DNA from: Pseudomonadota bacterium
GTDB lineage: Bacteria > Pseudomonadota > Alphaproteobacteria > RF32 > CAG-239
Length of the DNA: 64,000 nt
Assembly (NCBI GenBank): GCA_918234285.1
Contig: CAKJXZ020000020.1
Location: 14,777 to 78,776, forward strand
Direction: 5' to 3'
In this document: piece after piece, positions 59,335 to 64,000 of the stretch
How positions within the stretch are numbered: position 1 is the stretch's first letter
How the letters are laid out: every line of letters begins with the position of its first letter
Position numbers and translations under genes: made by a program
The notes under the pieces: generated by a model
Database searches by the model: none
The model's input: only the letters and a program-made list of their open reading frames with translations
What the model was told of the DNA's origin: nothing

Positions 59335-59715
59335 ATGGAAACAAGAAAAACCGAAGCGGCGGAAAAAAAACGGTGCGGACGCTATAATTGCGCTCAGGCG
59401 GTTATCTGTACTTATTGCGACAAGGCCGGAATTGACGAAGATACGGCAATAAACATCGGCAACGCGTTTGCCGCAGGTATGGGCAATACGGAAGGAACCT
59501 GCGGCGCTTTGGTCGGTGCCGGCGTGGTTTTGGGGTTGGCAAAGAAAGACCGGGCGGCCGCGGCACGGGAAATGCGGCAGATTATGAGCAAATTCCAGCA
59601 ACGCAACGGCGCCACCCAATGCAAACTGCTCAAAGGTATCGACAGCGGAGAGGTGTTGCGCGAATGTCCGGATTGTGTGGCCGACGCCGCCGAATTTTTG
59701 GAAGAAGCGCTATAA
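59335..59715 (+). CDS. C-GCAxxG-C-C family putative redox protein
   Basis: YNCAQAV, GTCGALVG, CKLL, CPDCV. Confidence 0.85.
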   Translation: METRKTEAAEKKRCGRYNCAQAVICTYCDKAGIDEDTAINIGNAFAAGMGNTEGTCGALVGAGVVLGLAKKDRAAAAREMRQIMSKFQQRNGATQCKLLKGIDSGEVLRECPDCVADAAEFLEEAL

Positions 59716-59782
59716 ACATAAGCTTGACAATTTGTAGTTTTTGCCCTACTTTGAGCGCAAATAAACTTAACGGATACAAAAA

Positions 59783-62053
59783 ATGAAAAAACAGGAATTA
59801 CTCGCTCCCGCCGGCGATGTCGAGGCCGGTTATGCCGCTCTTTATTACGGCGCCGATGCCGTATATCTCGGCTTATCCAAGTTCTCGGCTCGAGCAACTG
59901 CCACCAATTTTGACGCCGATACGCTCGACGAATTTACCGCTTATGCTCACAGCCTCAAACGCAAGGTGTATGTGGCACTCAACACGGTTTTGCAGGAAAG
60001 CGAATTGCCGGATTTAATCCAGAGCCTTGATATTTGTACCCGTTGCAAGGTTGACGGGCTGATTATTCAGGATTTGGGCGTGGCGCGGGTTATGCGCGAG
60101 AAATACCCGTGGTTTGAAATGCACGCCAGCACGCAAATGGCCGTACACAACAAGGAAGGCGCACTGTTTTTGCAAAAAATGGGCTTCAAACGTGTGGTTT
60201 TGGCGCGAGAACTGACCGCGGCGGAAATTAAAGAAATCGCTGCTATTCCGGGTTTGGAAACCGAAGCGTTTATCCACGGTGCCCTGTGCTATTCCTACAG
60301 CGGATTATGCCAATTTTCGGCCTTGGAATACGGACGAAGCGCCAATCGCGGCAAATGTATGTATCCGTGTCGCGCCGCTTTTAAGTGCAACGGTAAGGAA
60401 AGTCATCTGTTTTCGATGAAAGATATGGCGTTGCAGGAAGATGTGCTGAATATGCCGGTGGACTCGCTTAAAATCGAGGGGCGCAAAAAATCAGCGCTGT
60501 ATGTGGCGGCGGTGACCGATTATTATCGCCATATCCTCGATGGCAAGGGTGCCAATCCGCTCAAAGAGGAAAATATCAAGCAGATTTTTTCGCGGCCGTG
60601 GTGCAAGTTCCATTTCAAGGGCAAGGATAAGGCGGTGATTGATCGCGATTTTGTCGGCCATCGTGGCCTAATTATCGGCACGGTTGACGGTGTTTTCCGC
60701 GGCAAACTGCGCTTTGTGACCAATCACGCGATAGCAAGACACGACGGCCTGCAAATCGATGCCGCCGGTGATGAAAAACCATTTGGATTCTCGGTGCAGA
60801 AGCTGTTTGTCGGCAATAAAAGCGTGTTCGAGGCCTCGGCCGGGACAACGGTGGAAATAGAGTTGCCGCACGGCTATCCGCGACTTGAACGCGGCGATAA
60901 TATTTATCTGGCATCTTCCGGCGCGGTTAAAGGCGCGTATCACTATACCAAGCCGAAACCACACGAATATCACAATAACAATGACATAGAGGTTACTGTA
61001 AAGGTAGCAACAGACCGAATTACCGCCGAATCCGGTTGTTTTTCCGCAAGTGTTATCGGTGCGTTTACACCGGCAAACAATCCGCAGAAAAGTGCCGATG
61101 CCATTAAGGCGGCATTTGCTAAAACCGGCGATACGGTATTTAATCTGCGCTCGTTAGTTATTGAAAATCCGCAAAATTTATTCACTCCGGCTTCTATGCT
61201 CAATGAATTGCGCCGCGATTTATACAGCCGGATAAAGGTGGAAGAACCTCAAGGCGAATTACCGAAGATTCCGACCACCGGCAAAAAATCCGCAGAGCCA
61301 CGGTTTTGTATTAAAGTAGATGACCTTAACTATTTGAATTTGCTTGATTTAGATAAGTTTGCCGAGATAACTTATTTAATCAACCCGCACAGCGACATCG
61401 GTGCCCTGAATAAGCTGCCGAAAAACAAAATCCGCATTGCCCTGCCCGCCGTTTGCCGCCATCCGGCGACGTATGCGGATGTAATTCGACGCCTGCTTGA
61501 CGGCGGTTATCGCAAATGGGAAGTTGCAAACTATTGGTCGTTGGAAATTTTGCCGGTAAATCAATTAGATATCAGCTTTGACTCCTCACTGTATATGCTT
61601 AATACGCAAGCGATTGCCATGGCGGCGGAAATCGGTGCTTCTCAAGTTACATTATCACTTGAGGATATAAAGGCAAATATTTGTAATATAATTAAAAAAT
61701 CTAATTTAAGGACTTCTCTTATCATCTATCAGGACGTTCCGTTGTTTACGAGTGTCGGCTGTATCCGTGACAACGATTGCCAATACTGCTCGGGACAACC
61801 GATGTGGTTTGATTTAGAGCGTCAGGGACGCACTTTCAGGGCGTTATCAAAGGATTGTCAGATGATGGTATTTGACGATAAACCGTATTGTATTGCGACC
61901 GAGGCCAAGGATTTGGCGCCGGATTTCTTCCGTATGGACTTTATATACCGCCAATACGATGCACAAAAAGTGGCAGATATTGCGAATAAATTGCTTCAAT
62001 TTAATAATGTATCTGATTGTATTAATGGAAATTTTATCAACAACAATATTTAG
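59783..62053 (+). CDS. Peptidase U32 family protein with DUF3656-like extension (RlhA-like RNA hydroxylase)
   Basis: ELLAPAG, HASTQM, FIHGALCYSYSGLC, NRGKCMYPCR, KIEGR, AKTGDT.F...S.LNELRR. Confidence 0.85.
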   Translation: MKKQELLAPAGDVEAGYAALYYGADAVYLGLSKFSARATATNFDADTLDEFTAYAHSLKRKVYVALNTVLQESELPDLIQSLDICTRCKVDGLIIQDLGVARVMREKYPWFEMHASTQMAVHNKEGALFLQKMGFKRVVLARELTAAEIKEIAAIPGLETEAFIHGALCYSYSGLCQFSALEYGRSANRGKCMYPCRAAFKCNGKESHLFSMKDMALQEDVLNMPVDSLKIEGRKKSALYVAAVTDYYRHILDGKGANPLKEENIKQIFSRPWCKFHFKGKDKAVIDRDFVGHRGLIIGTVDGVFRGKLRFVTNHAIARHDGLQIDAAGDEKPFGFSVQKLFVGNKSVFEASAGTTVEIELPHGYPRLERGDNIYLASSGAVKGAYHYTKPKPHEYHNNNDIEVTVKVATDRITAESGCFSASVIGAFTPANNPQKSADAIKAAFAKTGDTVFNLRSLVIENPQNLFTPASMLNELRRDLYSRIKVEEPQGELPKIPTTGKKSAEPRFCIKVDDLNYLNLLDLDKFAEITYLINPHSDIGALNKLPKNKIRIALPAVCRHPATYADVIRRLLDGGYRKWEVANYWSLEILPVNQLDISFDSSLYMLNTQAIAMAAEIGASQVTLSLEDIKANICNIIKKSNLRTSLIIYQDVPLFTSVGCIRDNDCQYCSGQPMWFDLERQGRTFRALSKDCQMMVFDDKPYCIATEAKDLAPDFFRMDFIYRQYDAQKVADIANKLLQFNNVSDCINGNFINNNI

Positions 62054-62077
62054 ATTTCTAAAATTATAAAAAATATC

Positions 62078-62106
62078 TTGACTATCGGTCGAAGTTAGCA
62101 TATTGT
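62078..62106 (+). promoter_or_regulatory. sigma70-type promoter of the tRNA
   Basis: TTGACT-17 nt-TATTGT, 12 nt upstream of the tRNA. Confidence 0.65.
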
Positions 62107-62118
62107 GTGTTCGGCGTC

Positions 62119-62195
62119 GGGCGCTTAGCTCAGTTGGTTAGAGCCGGCCGCTCATAACGGTCTGGTCGTAGGTTCGAGTCCTACAGCGCCCACCA
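62119..62195 (+). tRNA. tRNA with CAT anticodon, Ile2 (lysidine)-type
   Basis: GGGCGCT/AGCGCCC acceptor stem, TAGCTCAGTTGGTTAGAGC D-arm, anticodon arm with CTCATAA loop, GGTTCGAGTCC and encoded CCA. G1:C72 pairing excludes an initiator tRNA. Ile2 versus elongator Met is by resemblance. Confidence 0.92.
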
Positions 62196-62553
62196 TAAAA
62201 GAGGAATGATACTTTTCATTCCTTTTTTTGTTTTAAAATCAAAATTAATTATCAAAAATTTTATACCCTCTCAAACCGCCTTGTTTAGTGCACTTTTGCA
62301 AACTAACCAAACCACCGCCGACAATAATTTTTCGAGATTGGTTTGTGCAAGTATCTTTTTTCTTTGCCGGATTTTAGAAATTTTTCCCTCTTTTTTTTGA
62401 AAATAGATACTTTTGGTATGTCCGACACACACCTCTAACTACTTGAAAATGCATACTTTCAATTTGTCATCTTTCAAGACTTATTTGCAAGCGCAAATAA
62501 GTCGCTATTGCAAATTCAAACCCCATTTTGTAGAATAACAAAATACAATCTTA

Positions 62554-62582
62554 TTGCTTTTTTAAGATTCTTTTTTTATACT
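62554..62582 (+). promoter_or_regulatory. sigma70-type promoter
   Basis: TTGCTT-17 nt-TATACT. Confidence 0.65.
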
Positions 62583-62588
62583 CGATTG

Positions 62589-62837
62589 CGTTGGGATAAG
62601 CCCAATTCTCAACTGGATATTGTCAGTCTAAATAACACGGGCAAGAACATAGCTTTTGCATTATGTTGTTAATGCAAAGGAGATTGCCATATTATTGGGC
62701 ATCTCACCGTAACGGGTGGATGCCAGTGAATAAGGCATTACCCAAATAGCTGGGCTACTTTTCGTGTTATTTGTAGTGACAACGTCCACCCACCTGCAAA
62801 GGTGGGTGAAATCATTTGGGCTGAATGGTAGTTCAAA
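62589..62837 (+). ncRNA. Candidate multibranch cis-regulatory RNA / ncRNA upstream of SLOG gene
   Basis: Nested long-range stems plus GUAA- and GCAA-capped hairpins, and alternative pairings next to the TTG start. Confidence 0.55.
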
Positions 62838-63338
62838 TTGAGTAAAACTTGTGCTTTTTTAGGCAATGATTATGATTTTATGAGCGGTCGGAGACGAATT
62901 CGCCGTCCTAATCAGGAATTAAAATTAAAAATTCAGGCGCAAATTATCAATTTAATAGAAAATGAAGATGTCGATAGATTCCTCGTCGGCGAACTTGGCG
63001 GTTTTGAAGAAGATGCCTACGATAGCTTATTAAAAGTTTTTGAAAGTTACCCCAACATACACATTACCCTTGTTGTCTCAAAAATATCCGAGCTTAACGA
63101 CATCGGGATTGATGGTAGCGGTATTATTCATCAACGAAGATTTTGCCACAATTGGATATATCCGGATGAATGCGCCGTGGGCTATAAACGCTGGTGTATT
63201 GTGCATCGCAACCGTTATATTATCGAAAACACCGATTTTATTATTGCATATAACAAATATAAAGGCAGAGCTTATGATTTCTGCAAACAGGCCAAAAATA
63301 AAGGCGTAACGATTATTGAATTGGCAGAAGATGAATAG
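62838..63338 (+). CDS. SLOG-superfamily protein (YspA/DUF1273-like)
   Basis: KTCAFLG, FLVGELGGFE, YPNIHITLV, HRNRYIIENTDFIIAY, AKNKGVTII. TTG start. Confidence 0.75.
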   Translation: MSKTCAFLGNDYDFMSGRRRIRRPNQELKLKIQAQIINLIENEDVDRFLVGELGGFEEDAYDSLLKVFESYPNIHITLVVSKISELNDIGIDGSGIIHQRRFCHNWIYPDECAVGYKRWCIVHRNRYIIENTDFIIAYNKYKGRAYDFCKQAKNKGVTIIELAEDE

Positions 63339-63350
63339 TTTTTACACAAC

Positions 63351-63391
63351 AAAAAATCCCTCGCGGCGGTTAAGCGGCGGGGGATTTTTTA
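63351..63391. terminator. Bidirectional intrinsic terminator
   Basis: AAAAAATCCCTCGC...GCGGGGGATTTTTT between convergent genes. Confidence 0.75.
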
Positions 63392-63393
63392 TT

Positions 63394-63738
63394 TTAGTGT
63401 TTACGGTAATGATACCTCAAAAAATGTTTGCGACAAACCTCGTCTTTATCAAAAAACGATATGATAAAAAAAGGTATATACGCAGTCACATAACTTGCGG
63501 CGAACAGCGCAACTGCCGCAAATATGCCGAGAAAGTATCTTTTACCTAAAGCATGGGGCGCAGAAGTGCTCATCAAGGACTCTATTTCCGGTTCAAAAAA
63601 CCAGAAAGCAAGTCCGACATAACAAATTCCGGCAACTAATACCCAGAACCATCCTACCCACGGAAAATCAAATGTAAACTTAGCTGACCAATGGGCATAG
63701 GCTATCCTTTGTCTCAAAGTCAAATGCTGTTTTTCCAT
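63394..63738 (-). CDS. Hypothetical membrane protein (2 TM)
   Basis: Hydrophobic ORF ending at the terminator. Confidence 0.6.
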   Translation of the reverse strand: MEKQHLTLRQRIAYAHWSAKFTFDFPWVGWFWVLVAGICYVGLAFWFFEPEIESLMSTSAPHALGKRYFLGIFAAVALFAASYVTAYIPFFIISFFDKDEVCRKHFLRYHYRKH

Positions 63739-63751
63739 AAGCAATTACGGT

Positions 63752-64000
63752 TTAGTAGTTCAGATAGGTAATGTTTTTACCTAACTTAAAATTCTTGCCC
63801 AGTTTAAGCACCTTAATGTATAAGGTAACAACCACAACAAGCCAAACAGCCAGAAAGACGTAGCTTACCACACAACGCCAATGAAACATCTCTTGATACC
63901 GTTCCACGGCATCAAAATAGTTTATCATTACCAAGATCAATGGCCACAAAGCCCAGAATATCATCCCGCGGATGATGTTCTGCTCGGTTTTGTAGGACTC
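63752..64000 (-). CDS. Hypothetical membrane protein (5' end beyond the window)
   Basis: The frame is open to the window edge (ESYKTEQNIIRGMIFW...) and has two TM segments. Confidence 0.55.
   Translation of the reverse strand, partial: ESYKTEQNIIRGMIFWALWPLILVMINYFDAVERYQEMFHWRCVVSYVFLAVWLVVVVTLYIKVLKLGKNFKLGKNITYLNY

Noticed and set aside
62589-62837. Retron msr-msd
   Set aside because: There is a short closing inverted repeat but no reverse transcriptase (YADD) gene in the window.
62196-64000. Integrated element at the tRNA
   Set aside because: No integrase and no duplicated tRNA 3' end inside the window; this cannot be excluded beyond the edge.
1-64000. CRISPR array, IS/transposase, prophage
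   Set aside because: No regularly spaced direct repeats and no transposase, integrase or phage structural genes were seen.

Overview
Mostly housekeeping chromosome from an AT-leaning bacterium. Gene content and order (yebC-ruvC, rsmD-rluB divergent from tadA, yqgE divergent from a dsbD-like gene, rpmI-rplT-pheST without infC, mlaA-mlaC, a 'GRSMIEMLGVLAIIGVL' pilin-like gene) suggest an alphaproteobacterium, probably a gut RF32/CAG-495-like lineage (inference). Several genes look Firmicutes-like (gltX, MATE, SLOG/DUF1273) and there are scattered orphan genes. One tRNA (CAT anticodon, Ile2-type) is present. I saw no rRNA, CRISPR array, transposase or integrase. The most notable signals are non-coding and were folded by eye only. 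(1) A ~450-nt ORF-less transcription unit at 55896-56347 (-) has many GNRA/UUCG hairpins, a 23S-rRNA-like AGUA/GAA motif and a possible pseudoknot. (2) A second ~280-nt ORF-less structured unit at 45474-45750 (-) shares the first unit's promoter-proximal TTATGATATTA/'MIL' micro-ORF. (3) A ~250-nt multibranch leader with a switch-like start-proximal hairpin lies upstream of a SLOG gene. (4) A ~130-nt structured leader precedes an orphan gene. Protein oddities include a Schlafen/AlbA_2 gene coupled to rnhA and a single-domain DEAD-box pseudo-helicase after ftsH.
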